Source: Mogibacterium sp. (GTDB taxonomy: Bacteria > Bacillota > Clostridia > Peptostreptococcales > Anaerovoracaceae). Taken from it: DNA of 64,000 bases. The position numbers and the translations under genes are program-made. Below, in pieces: positions 56,190 through 64,000 of this stretch (position 1 is the stretch's first letter; each line of letters opens with the position of its first letter). The stretch covers positions 152,286 through 216,285 of the forward strand of contig JAFRKO010000009.1 of NCBI GenBank assembly GCA_017431685.1, in the 5' to 3' direction. The notes beneath the pieces were generated by a model. The model was given only the letters and a program-made list of their open reading frames with translations. It was not told where the DNA came from and did not search any database.

Positions 56190-56753
56190 TTACTGCTGCA
56201 CAGATGATTTGCCTGCTGAAGCGCTGCTGTCATCTTTGCCGCCGTTCCAGTTATAACCCAATTCTTCGAAATGCTCATAAGTTGTCACTCCAACAGCACT
56301 TACTCCTTCGTTATTCATGCCGTGCCTTGAAGTAAGCGTCTCAACGTACAGAACATATTTCTGTTCTCCCAGAGTCACTATGAACCTTTCGCTTATATCC
56401 ATCTCTCCCTTTTGATTCGGAGCTTTTGAAAAACTTCCGGCTCCAAGTGATACAGCGTTGTCGAAGTCTGCCTTGCTCCACTCTGCAAAGCCTGTCACGC
56501 TTTCTGCTCCCTTTGAGTCAATCATCAGGGCTCCGAGTTTTTCAGCGCTTTCTGATTTCAGAGCCTTCATAACTTCTTTGGAATTTTCAGCGCTGAATTC
56601 GGTCATTGAATAGAAATCAGGTTCAGTGATCTTTTCTGCGGCGACTTTCTTTTCATAAGTTGATTTTGCCATCATTATAGCTGCAACTGCAAAGACCGCC
56701 ACCATCAGCAGAAATGCTGTCAAAAGTATTCTGTTTGATTTTTTCTTCTTCAT
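56190..56753 (-). CDS. membrane-anchored hypothetical protein
   Basis: N-terminal TM anchor. AGGAGA SD. Confidence 0.6.
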   Translation of the reverse strand: MKKKKSNRILLTAFLLMVAVFAVAAIMMAKSTYEKKVAAEKITEPDFYSMTEFSAENSKEVMKALKSESAEKLGALMIDSKGAESVTGFAEWSKADFDNAVSLGAGSFSKAPNQKGEMDISERFIVTLGEQKYVLYVETLTSRHGMNNEGVSAVGVTTYEHFEELGYNWNGGKDDSSASAGKSSVQQ

Positions 56754-56808
56754 TTTTACATCTCCTGTCCTGTATATCTATAATATAGCATTTGTCCGCG
56801 CTTGTCTA

Positions 56809-57435
56809 ATGATGTATACTATGAATATGACAGATGAGGAAATAAGACGCATACTGCGCAAAAAAAGAGAACAGCAGCTGCTGAAAAGACGCCTTATAGC
56901 CATAACAGTTGCAGCAGTCATTGCTGTCGGCGGCGGACTTCTTGCAGGCAGAGCCATAGGAAACAAGCTCTACAATGACGAGATCAGCAAAATCGTTACG
57001 GTTGCAGAAGATAACGCTATGGTAAAGGCCGGCATGAGCCAGCTGGGCAACAAGGGCGGCAGAAAGTTCTGGTCGTGGTTCGGTTTTGAGAACCGCGAAG
57101 ATTGGTGTGCATGCTTTGTTTCATGGTGTGAAGACCAGTGCGGATATCTTGAAAAGGGTCTGGCTCCTAAGTTCGCTATTGTCAGTGACGGAGCGGACTG
57201 GTTTGTACTTCGTGATCAGTGGCGTCCTGTAGGAGATACTCCGCAAGCCGGTGATCTCATATTCTTTGACTGGGATCAGGACGGAGGCCGTGATCACGTA
57301 GGCATAGTTACCGCTGTAGCCAATGATAAGGTCTTTACAGTCGAAGGCAACTCAAGCGACCTCTGCAGGCAAAAGAGATATGATTTAGACGATCCTATAA
57401 TCTACGGATACGGAATCATCAAGCCTCAGCAATAA
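56809..57435 (+). CDS. membrane-anchored CHAP-domain peptidoglycan hydrolase
   Basis: EDWCACFVSWC and DHVGIV CHAP motifs. Four in-frame ATGs lie at 56809-56827, none with an SD. Confidence 0.8.
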   Translation: MMYTMNMTDEEIRRILRKKREQQLLKRRLIAITVAAVIAVGGGLLAGRAIGNKLYNDEISKIVTVAEDNAMVKAGMSQLGNKGGRKFWSWFGFENREDWCACFVSWCEDQCGYLEKGLAPKFAIVSDGADWFVLRDQWRPVGDTPQAGDLIFFDWDQDGGRDHVGIVTAVANDKVFTVEGNSSDLCRQKRYDLDDPIIYGYGIIKPQQ

Positions 57436-57500
57436 AGTTCAGCAATAAAATAACAAGCTGTTACTGAAACAGGTACAGCTTGTTTTTTTATTGTCTGTAA

Positions 57501-58580
57501 TTATCTTACATGCAGATCAGGCTCGATCGCTTCGAAAACAGGAAGTATTCCAGTCTTTTCAGGAGTCTGGGCAGGCAGCTGCCAGAAATCATGAGCACAG
57601 TAGTTGTTGCCCTCGACAATAGCAGGCCCGTCAGGCGTAATACCAATATCCCATCCGACGTATCTTACCTGCGGAACGACCAGCGCGGCTTCTTTCGCAA
57701 GCTCACAGGCCTCTTTGAACATCGGTACCTGGTGTCCCATCAGCTTGTAATGTGTCATCGGATGCTCGTCATATACGATAGCCATCGATCCGTCGCCGCT
57801 GACTCCAGGTGAACAGATTTTGCCGGTCTCGAGATCGACTCTTGTGCCGAATCCGTAATTGTCTACCACGCGGCCGTTAAGTCCGAACTTCTGAGTCGCA
57901 AAGATGACATGAGGAACTCTCTGCTTATCTACTACAGTGATTATCCTGAGACAGTTCATCGCATAAGGATAAACTTTCTCATTGTCAGGATGCTGTTTGA
58001 GCACCTCCTCAAGGAGCCATGAATCCTCCTGAAGAAGCTCCCTGTACATCTCGTCAAAGTCCTTGTAATCATCGAGATTCTTCTTCATACAGCCGTGACC
58101 GCATGATCCGTCTACAGGCTTGCAGAATATGACTTTATGCTTTTCAACAAACTCCCTGACCTCTCCCTTTGAGGATGTTTTGAAGTTGATGAAATCACGC
58201 TTTATATAATCTCTGAACAGGTTGTTGAAGTCTTCCTTGTTGTCGAACAGGTGCTCATATGTATCATCGTTGAAATGGCTTATGAGCTTCTTGTTGCGAA
58301 GTCTTGTCAGGAAAGTGTCGCGCTGCTCGTCGGTCAGATCCCAGAATCCGAATGTGACGTAATCAAAATAGCCTGCTCCGAATTTAATTGCGCATTTAGC
58401 CATGTCTGCGGTAATGGCAGCCTTGCTCATACCTGAAAACTTTGCAGTCCTGTCCAATACATCTTTATATTTTTCAAGGCTCATCCCCTTGAGAACTCTT
58501 ATTATATAACCAGGGCTCAGCACTTTTAAAACCTCCTTTGGTCTTTTCAGATTTCCATGTAATTCTACAATACATCGCAT
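57501..58580 (-). CDS. sugar-transfer-associated ATP-grasp family protein
   Basis: N-terminal FGAGYFDYVTFGFWDLTDEQRDTFLT pattern and a C-terminal ATP-grasp-like region (RYVGWDIGITPDGPAIVEGN). Start uncertain (ATG 58580 or TTG 58628). Confidence 0.7.
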   Translation of the reverse strand: MRCIVELHGNLKRPKEVLKVLSPGYIIRVLKGMSLEKYKDVLDRTAKFSGMSKAAITADMAKCAIKFGAGYFDYVTFGFWDLTDEQRDTFLTRLRNKKLISHFNDDTYEHLFDNKEDFNNLFRDYIKRDFINFKTSSKGEVREFVEKHKVIFCKPVDGSCGHGCMKKNLDDYKDFDEMYRELLQEDSWLLEEVLKQHPDNEKVYPYAMNCLRIITVVDKQRVPHVIFATQKFGLNGRVVDNYGFGTRVDLETGKICSPGVSGDGSMAIVYDEHPMTHYKLMGHQVPMFKEACELAKEAALVVPQVRYVGWDIGITPDGPAIVEGNNYCAHDFWQLPAQTPEKTGILPVFEAIEPDLHVR

Positions 58581-58685
58581 CAAGTTGCCAGCATGTCGTT
58601 CAAAATTAATAATATGATAGAATATCAATTGCGTATCTTTTTTACGTCAAAGCATGCTACAATTATTTAATAGTTTTTTTATAAA

Positions 58686-58870
58686 GCGATAAACAAAACA
58701 CACGCCTCGCCTGTTCCGTCTCCGGGAATGCCATCTCGTTCGACCTTGCTTCGCGGGGAACGGCTCTGACGCTTCGCTTGCGAGACTCGTTCCAGCCGCT
58801 CACCAGCGGTTTCTCTCCGGCATTCCAGGCGGCTCCTGCACAACGCTCGTCTTAGTGTTTTGTTTACCGC
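58686..58870 (+). ncRNA. candidate structured RNA (class not recognised); strand inferred from promoter position
   Basis: A GC-rich island with no ORF. A 15/16-bp closing helix pairs 58686-58701 with 58855-58870, and several internal helices are present. An extended -10 promoter TGcTACAAT sits at 58655-58663. Confidence 0.4.
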
Positions 58871-58897
58871 TAATAAGTCAAAAAAAGGATGAAAACA

Positions 58898-59596
58898 ATG
58901 GAATTCACTGCTAATGCAAATAAAAATATTTCAATCGAGACTTCTACAGGCAACTATGACCGCTGCGCCATACAGACGCACTTTATCGAGATAGGCGAAG
59001 ACTATATCGAGCTTGTTGAGCGCTACGTAAGACCTTTCTGGCAGGAAGGTGATCTGCTGGCTATAGCAGAAAAGATAGTCTCACTCTGCCAGAACAATGT
59101 TATCCCTAAAAAAGATGTAAAGGTCAGCAGGCTTGCCAAATTCCTCAGCCGCTTTGCTACACAGCACAATTCGGCCGGCATAGGTGTGGGCGATGTATAT
59201 AAGATGCAGTATGCCATTGACCTGAACGGAGGAGCAAAGGTGTTTCTTGCCGCTGTATGTGCGGGTTTCGGTAAATTCATCGGCAAAAAAGGCATCTTCT
59301 ACGATATGGTAGGCGAAGAAGTACGCGGACTCGACGGTTTCTATCCTGATGTCTTCCCTATTTACGGCGAATATGGTATTCCTCTTCCGAAGAACCCTAA
59401 TGGTGTCTGCAATGAGATCAGAGAAAAGACCGGCATGTCATGCATCATAATCGACGCGAATGATTTCACCCGCGATATTCTCGGAAAGAGCGATGATGTG
59501 ACCCTCAGCGATGAACAGCTCTGTGAGATAATCAGAGATAATCCGGCCGGTCAGGATGACCAGTGTACTCCGTTCATTCTAATCAGAAAAAAATAA
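58898..59596 (+). CDS. F420-0:gamma-glutamyl ligase (CofE)-like family protein
   Basis: The pattern ...QEGDLLAIAEKIVSLCQ...SRLAKFLSRF...GIGVG... matches CofE-like proteins of Firmicutes. The ATG at 58898 fits the AAAGGA SD; an ATG at 58889 is also in frame. Confidence 0.65.
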   Translation: MEFTANANKNISIETSTGNYDRCAIQTHFIEIGEDYIELVERYVRPFWQEGDLLAIAEKIVSLCQNNVIPKKDVKVSRLAKFLSRFATQHNSAGIGVGDVYKMQYAIDLNGGAKVFLAAVCAGFGKFIGKKGIFYDMVGEEVRGLDGFYPDVFPIYGEYGIPLPKNPNGVCNEIREKTGMSCIIIDANDFTRDILGKSDDVTLSDEQLCEIIRDNPAGQDDQCTPFILIRKK

Positions 59597-59614
59597 TCAT
59601 TCTTAAAAAGCAAT

Positions 59615-59646
59615 AAAAAAAGTGTTCATTGACTGAACACTTTTTT
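59615..59646. terminator. bidirectional rho-independent terminator
   Basis: A7-GTGTTCA-TTGAC-TGAACAC-T6, between convergent genes. Confidence 0.75.
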
Positions 59647-59666
59647 ATTGCCTTATATATCCGGAT

Positions 59667-60437
59667 CTACTGCGCCTGATAGTAGTCTTCCATGTTTTCG
59701 AGATACTCCTCAAGACAGATACCGTTGTCCTTTATTATAGACGCGTGCTCTTTGCCGACATATCTGTAATGCCATGGTTCATAGATGATCTCTGTGATGT
59801 CTTCCTTATCTTTAGGATATCTCAGTATGAAACCGTAATCCTGGCAGTGTTCCATCAGCCACTGCTGTGCCGGCATGTCCTCCTGCTCATCTATGAGCGG
59901 ATCTGCCCAGCCAAGTGAGTCAGCGTCGATTATGTCAGCCGCCAGGCCGCATTCGTGTTCGCTGTGGCCCGGTATGGCAGTATCTGCTTTATTCGCAGTA
60001 TGATCGTACAGATATTGCTGGGTTTCGCGTGTCCTGAATGTGGATATCAGGCGAGGATAGTAACCTGCTTCCCTGCAGTCTGAAAGCATTTCCTGAAGAG
60101 CATCATGCACTCTGGCGTCTATATAATATCCGTCCTCTACTTCAACTGTCTCGATGTCGAAATCATCAGGCATCGCATTCTGATTATTTACAAGAATCAG
60201 ATACCACTGACCTTTTTCATCTTCGATCTTTTCAAGGCGTGCCTGCTCCATTTCCTCTTCTTCAGCCTGCTGCTGTGCAGCTTCTTCGGCTGCTTCTTCA
60301 TCTGCGCGCCTTGCTTCCGCACGGCGGGTATTTTCTGCTGATTTGGATACAATAAAGTATCCGGCCACCATCACCAGGATAATGAGCGATATGATGATTT
60401 TTATAAGGTTGCGGTTCTTTCTCTTTCTTCTTCTCAA
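59667..60437 (-). CDS. M15B (VanY-like) D-alanyl-D-alanine carboxypeptidase, membrane-anchored
   Basis: SGHSEHECGLAADI-type zinc-binding motif (GHSEHECGLAAD) and EPWHYRYVG. TTG start with a GAGGAG SD. Confidence 0.8.
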   Translation of the reverse strand: MRRRKRKNRNLIKIIISLIILVMVAGYFIVSKSAENTRRAEARRADEEAAEEAAQQQAEEEEMEQARLEKIEDEKGQWYLILVNNQNAMPDDFDIETVEVEDGYYIDARVHDALQEMLSDCREAGYYPRLISTFRTRETQQYLYDHTANKADTAIPGHSEHECGLAADIIDADSLGWADPLIDEQEDMPAQQWLMEHCQDYGFILRYPKDKEDITEIIYEPWHYRYVGKEHASIIKDNGICLEEYLENMEDYYQAQ

Positions 60438-60448
60438 ATCAGTTCTCC

Positions 60449-61222
60449 TCAGGCTTTTTTGCTGCGCTCGCGGGCGAGCAGAGCTGCGCCGAAAGCTCCC
60501 GCGTATCTGCCGTCAGGCATAGCGAGCGCTTTCTTCCCCAGTTTTTTGCTGAGAAGTGACGCAAAGAATTCGTTGTTGCTGAAGCCTCCGGTGATAATGA
60601 TCGTATCCTGGAGCTCCTTCCTCTGAACAAGCGTCGCCACCTTGAGCGCTACGGAATCGATTACTCCGGCAGCAAGATCTTCACGGCTCCTGCCCTCTCC
60701 CATATAGTTTATAACTTCGGACTCGGCGAAAACAGTGCACAGAGAACTTATCGAGATAGGTTTTCCGATCTCTGCAAGTTCAAACAGCTCTTCGATCGTA
60801 AGCCCCAGCCTGTTTGCCATTACTTCAATGAACTTTCCGGTTCCGGCAGCGCATTTGTCGTTCATCAGAAAGTCGATCGGTCTTCCGTTTTTAACGTTTA
60901 TGTATTTTGTATCCTGTCCGCCGATATCAATAATGGTGCAGTCGCGGCCTATCATCTCATATCCGCCTCTGCCATGGCATGTGATCTCAGTCACCACGCT
61001 GTCGGCATACTCTACGCTGATACGCCCGTATCCTGTCGCTATTATGTCAGCGTCATCGATATCACCATATCTTTTGACGAGATCATCTTTTATTATACCC
61101 GCGGTGATCTTGCTGTTCCACCCTGTCGGCAGCACTTCGTATACAGGATCACTGCCCTCTTCAAGCACGCATACCTTGGATGCTGTCGAACCGATATCTA
61201 TACCAATGTATTTTTTAGCCAT
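60449..61222 (-). CDS. acyl-CoA dehydratase activase (HgdC/BcrA/BadF ATPase)
   Basis: IGIDIGSTASK and IIDIGGQDTK motifs, plus a cluster-bridging Cys region. The ATG at 61222 has a GAGG SD. Confidence 0.85.
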   Translation of the reverse strand: MAKKYIGIDIGSTASKVCVLEEGSDPVYEVLPTGWNSKITAGIIKDDLVKRYGDIDDADIIATGYGRISVEYADSVVTEITCHGRGGYEMIGRDCTIIDIGGQDTKYINVKNGRPIDFLMNDKCAAGTGKFIEVMANRLGLTIEELFELAEIGKPISISSLCTVFAESEVINYMGEGRSREDLAAGVIDSVALKVATLVQRKELQDTIIITGGFSNNEFFASLLSKKLGKKALAMPDGRYAGAFGAALLARERSKKA

Positions 61223-61481
61223 ATTTATGCCTCGTATTGTCAAATGTGTTGTTCAGTCCGCTGATAGATAGATATGCAAGGTTTTCCGCCTCAGCAATCT
61301 CTTTTATACTATCGACGTCTTCTCCGTGCACAAGAAGCGAAACACCGCAGCAGACCGAAAGCTCTCTGGGAGTCGGACTTATCTGGGCATACATGCCCTT
61401 TCCCTTTAGCGACCTGTACATGGCGGTCGCATCCGTATGATTCTGAAAAAGTATATAGTAATGCAGATATTCTGCCATCAT
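61215..61481 (-). CDS. DUF3343 (putative S/Se-carrier-like) protein
   Basis: YILFQNHTDATAMYRSLKGKGMYAQISPTPRELSVCCGVSLLV matches the DUF3343 pattern (PTPRE-S--CG). 8-nt overlap with the activase start. Confidence 0.7.
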   Translation of the reverse strand: MMAEYLHYYILFQNHTDATAMYRSLKGKGMYAQISPTPRELSVCCGVSLLVHGEDVDSIKEIAEAENLAYLSISGLNNTFDNTRHKYG

Positions 61482-61557
61482 TTGCCTTTCTTCATAAAAT
61501 ATGGGGCGGATATATTTCCGCCCCTATATTCTAACATTTCTGACACTCTATAGAAAG

Positions 61558-62826
61558 CTAACCGAGCATTTCGATGAATGCGCCGATTCTGGTCTTGAGC
61601 TGCTGAGCATCATTGTCAGTGTAGTCTGTCTCGATGCCGAGGAACGGGATGCCCTCTGCCTTGCATCTTTCTTCGAGGCTTCTTCCCTCGATATCGTATG
61701 TCTGGCAGAACATCAGGTTTACATCGATAACTCCGTCAGCCTTGCTGTCCTTGGCAAGTCTTACCACATCGTCGAATCTTGCAGTGTTAGGAGTGAAGCA
61801 TGCGCAATTGATGCCCATGTATCTGTTGGCAATGTTCTGTACCATGTCGTCAAGAGTCTCGCCGCTCTCATCAACAAAGTTCTCGAAGTATCTTGTACCT
61901 GTGCAGGTCTCTTCGCAGACTACGATTCCGCCGCTTGTCTCAACGAGGTTGTGGAGCTTCCAGTTAGGAATTGCCATTGGTGTTCCGGAGATGAGGATTC
62001 TCTTCTTTCCTGCTGCCAGGTTAACGCCGTCTGCAACTCTCTTCTCGAGCTCGTCACACAGCTTGTTGACCATTGCTGCGAATCTCTCAGGATCGTCATA
62101 GTAAGCGATTTGCGAGATGAGCAGTACGTCAGTTCCGCTGATAGGAACATTCTCTTTCCATCTGAGGCTGTACAGTCTCTGGAGCGCAGCTCTCTTAGCG
62201 TTGATCTTCTTGATGTTCTCAGCCAGAGCTTCTGCAGTAACTTTGTTGCCGGTTGTCTCTTCAACTACCTTAATGAGATCCTTGATCTCGTCTGCCCACT
62301 TGAGATAATCTTTGTCTCTCTTCATCTGAGGCAGGTCCATGATATGCATAGGAACGTCTGTACCCAGTATCTCATATGCTTTCTTCTTGCCGTCGCATGT
62401 GTTCTCACCGATATAGATGTCAGCCAGTCTGTAGAACGGGCATGTTCTGTCAAATCTTGCGCCGAGCATAGCCTTGATCAGCGGGCATGTGTTAGCCGGA
62501 AGGTATCTCTCGCCGCCAGGTACCCAGAACTGCGAACCTGCGCAGAGTCCTGTAGCGATACCGCCTGCTGCAAAGATGACTTCGTCAGGAACATAAGCAC
62601 AGAAGGTGCCGAATACCTTGCCGCCGTTCTTTCTGAACTCTACGAGTTCGGACGGTCTGAGGCCGTGAACGTCAGCGAGGACCATGTCGAAGTAGTCCAT
62701 AGCTTCAGGTCTGTTCTCCTGTGACATGAATACATCTCCGATAGCGCCAGGAAGCACTTCGCAAAGCATATCATGAAGCTCGAGGTTCATACCGAGATCT
62801 GCCCACATTTTCTGATTGTCTGCCAT
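61558..62826 (-). CDS. 2-hydroxyacyl-CoA dehydratase-fold protein, double-cubane-cluster reductase (DCCP)-like
   Basis: Conserved Cys pattern (FCAYVP, NTCPLIK, ENTCDGKKK, EETCTG). The ATG at 62826 has an AAGGGAGAA SD; the track ORF extends to 62952. Confidence 0.8.
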   Translation of the reverse strand: MADNQKMWADLGMNLELHDMLCEVLPGAIGDVFMSQENRPEAMDYFDMVLADVHGLRPSELVEFRKNGGKVFGTFCAYVPDEVIFAAGGIATGLCAGSQFWVPGGERYLPANTCPLIKAMLGARFDRTCPFYRLADIYIGENTCDGKKKAYEILGTDVPMHIMDLPQMKRDKDYLKWADEIKDLIKVVEETTGNKVTAEALAENIKKINAKRAALQRLYSLRWKENVPISGTDVLLISQIAYYDDPERFAAMVNKLCDELEKRVADGVNLAAGKKRILISGTPMAIPNWKLHNLVETSGGIVVCEETCTGTRYFENFVDESGETLDDMVQNIANRYMGINCACFTPNTARFDDVVRLAKDSKADGVIDVNLMFCQTYDIEGRSLEERCKAEGIPFLGIETDYTDNDAQQLKTRIGAFIEMLG

Positions 62827-62918
62827 AATAAATTCTCCCTTTAATATAATAAAAAGCATAATAATGTGCCTTTGGCTGTGCAGAAGGCACAATTCACTAT
62901 TTAATTTTACTATCACGT

Positions 62919-62956
62919 AAAAAGCGGGCAAAATTGATAAAATCAATTCCACCCGC
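62919..62956 (-). terminator. rho-independent terminator after the lipoprotein gene
   Basis: On the minus strand, a GCGGGUGGAAUUGAU-UUU-AUCAAUUUUGCCCGC hairpin followed by UUUUUA. Confidence 0.6.
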
Positions 62957-62985
62957 AGCGTTTATCTGTTATTTTTATACACTTA

Positions 62986-63654
62986 TCAGTCTGAAGAGGA
63001 GAAGAGTTTTGAACCCAGTTTTTCACCCTCATCCTCTGTGCAGCCGTATACACCCTTCTGTCCTTCAAGTGGTCCGTAGTGTACAACTACTTCCTCAGCC
63101 TTGTCATACTTAGGATCATCAAGCTTCTTGTTTAGGAGATCTATCAATATCTCCATAACATAGTTTGTCTGTTCCTCTTCTGACATCTCCAGAATCTTGT
63201 CTGGTTCTGAGGCAACTTTTTCTTCGAGTATTTCATTTAGTTTCTCGTCTATACCCGTGAAAATCTGAAGCGGCTCTACCGAGACCGTTACGTCATAACC
63301 GCCGTCTTCTGTGGCAGCTGCTTCGCCTACCGAGTATTTTGTTTTTTCAAGTGCACTGATCATGAAGACCATGAAATCGCTTGTCACTTCTTCGTTCAGA
63401 GCAGACTGGGAGCTGATTCCCTTCATCATCTCGTTGATAAGATTGTCGCGGACTTCCGTTTCCTTTCCTTCCTCGACATCAGCGAGATTGACAGAGTGAT
63501 CATAGTCACCTGTGCACATAAGATCGAGTACGGCTTTGACGTATGCCTGCGCCTCCTCCGGAGCAGGTTTTTTCGGCCCGCAGCCGGAAAGCAGCGAGAC
63601 CGTCAACAGCATCATAAGCAATAAAAGCGATAATCGCTTAAATCCCTTTTTCAT
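62986..63654 (-). CDS. lipoprotein of unknown function
   Basis: Signal peptide with lipobox LLSGCG. Confidence 0.7.
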   Translation of the reverse strand: MKKGFKRLSLLLLMMLLTVSLLSGCGPKKPAPEEAQAYVKAVLDLMCTGDYDHSVNLADVEEGKETEVRDNLINEMMKGISSQSALNEEVTSDFMVFMISALEKTKYSVGEAAATEDGGYDVTVSVEPLQIFTGIDEKLNEILEEKVASEPDKILEMSEEEQTNYVMEILIDLLNKKLDDPKYDKAEEVVVHYGPLEGQKGVYGCTEDEGEKLGSKLFSSSD

Positions 63655-63663
63655 GTCTGTCTC

Positions 63664-64000
63664 CTACTTTATCTTGCGGCGCTTGATCTTCTGTGTAGTG
63701 GTCTTTTCAAACTCTTCCGTTCTGAGGTATGTCTGCTTGATGCGCTTGTATTTAGGCATCTCGTCATTGATCTTCTCAATGTCGGCATCGACTATGGCCT
63801 GGATCTCTTCTGGCGTCTTGTCCTTGAGAGCTTCCGCCTCCGGATCATATACCACATGCGCTACAAGCCTGTAGTCATCTCCCTCTTCTTCGCCCATTAC
63901 GACATTTTCTACCACATAAGGGATCTTGTCGATCAGCCCTTCTATCTCTTCAGGATAGATATTCTTGCCGTTCTTGAGAACTATTACGTTCTTTTTACGT
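63664..64000 (-). CDS. C-terminal part of an AMP-binding long-chain acyl-CoA ligase (partial, continues past the right edge)
   Basis: The open frame runs to the window end and encodes ...KNGKNIYPEEIEGLIDKIPYVVENVV...KYKRIK. Confidence 0.7.
   Translation of the reverse strand, partial: RKKNVIVLKNGKNIYPEEIEGLIDKIPYVVENVVMGEEEGDDYRLVAHVVYDPEAEALKDKTPEEIQAIVDADIEKINDEMPKYKRIKQTYLRTEEFEKTTTQKIKRRKIK

Noticed and set aside
58745-58785. Repeated GCTTCGC units as a possible mini-CRISPR or tandem repeat
   Set aside because: There are only two 7-nt copies, with no spacer/repeat periodicity.
58686-58870. Identification of the structured element as SRP RNA, 6S RNA or a known riboswitch
   Set aside because: The SRP helix-8 signature (GGAA tetraloop, AGCAGCC) is absent. 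The interior does not form the single irregular rod with a central bubble expected for 6S RNA. No signature motif of the riboswitch classes I know is present. It is kept only as an unclassified candidate.
61501-62724. 407-aa ORF on the plus strand
   Set aside because: It is entirely antisense to the well-supported DCCP-like gene. It has no SD and a low-complexity Ser/Leu/Cys/Val-rich composition typical of shadow ORFs.

Overview
Clostridia-type (Lachnospiraceae-like) Firmicutes chromosome segment of moderate GC. It is densely coding and strongly biased to the minus strand. I found no rRNA, tRNA or CRISPR array.

Layout:
- 0-8 kb: mixed genes, including a DUF5058-like membrane protein, CorA, an SPT-like alpha-oxoamine synthase, an SPL-type radical SAM protein, a TIM-barrel isomerase, a 5'-truncated tyrosine phosphatase and TfoX.
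- 8-22 kb: an accessory patch carrying gene debris. It holds two diverged copies of a WYL-regulator/GyrI-like/GNAT module, each decayed differently, plus a 1024-aa clostripain (C11) peptidase, PrsW, an ICMT-like methyltransferase, a ThiF/MoeB E1-like gene next to a rhodanese-TusA-DsrE fusion, DsbA/FrnE, a DUF4143 AAA ATPase, and BRO-like and RhuM-like pseudogene fragments.
- About 22.1-33.25 kb: an ~11 kb integrative mobilizable element. It encodes a large serine recombinase, an ORF6N protein, an XRE regulator, an NB-ARC/STAND-TPR NTPase as cargo, ParM/ParR, MobC, a relaxase and a VirE-type primase/helicase.
- 33.3-36 kb: a metallophosphoesterase and a cytoplasmic ParB/Srx-like-BMP fusion.
- 36-45.3 kb: a GH32 fructan/sucrose utilisation locus with a LacI regulator.
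- 46.7-57.4 kb: a conserved block of rlmD, whiA, rapZ, PHP, murB and an AI-2E transporter, followed by cell-wall hydrolases.
- 57.5-64 kb: an ATP-grasp gene and a CofE-like ligase flanking a GC-rich candidate structured RNA, then a VanY-like peptidase, a double-cubane reductase/DUF3343/activase operon, a lipoprotein and a partial acyl-CoA ligase.

Best candidates for something undescribed: the STAND-TPR cargo gene of the mobile element with its unassigned N-terminal module, the unclassified structured element at 58.69-58.87 kb, the ParB-like/BMP fusion with its phosphoesterase, and the carrier-less E1/sulfur-relay pair.

All functional calls come from motif and family recognition by eye. No searches were run.
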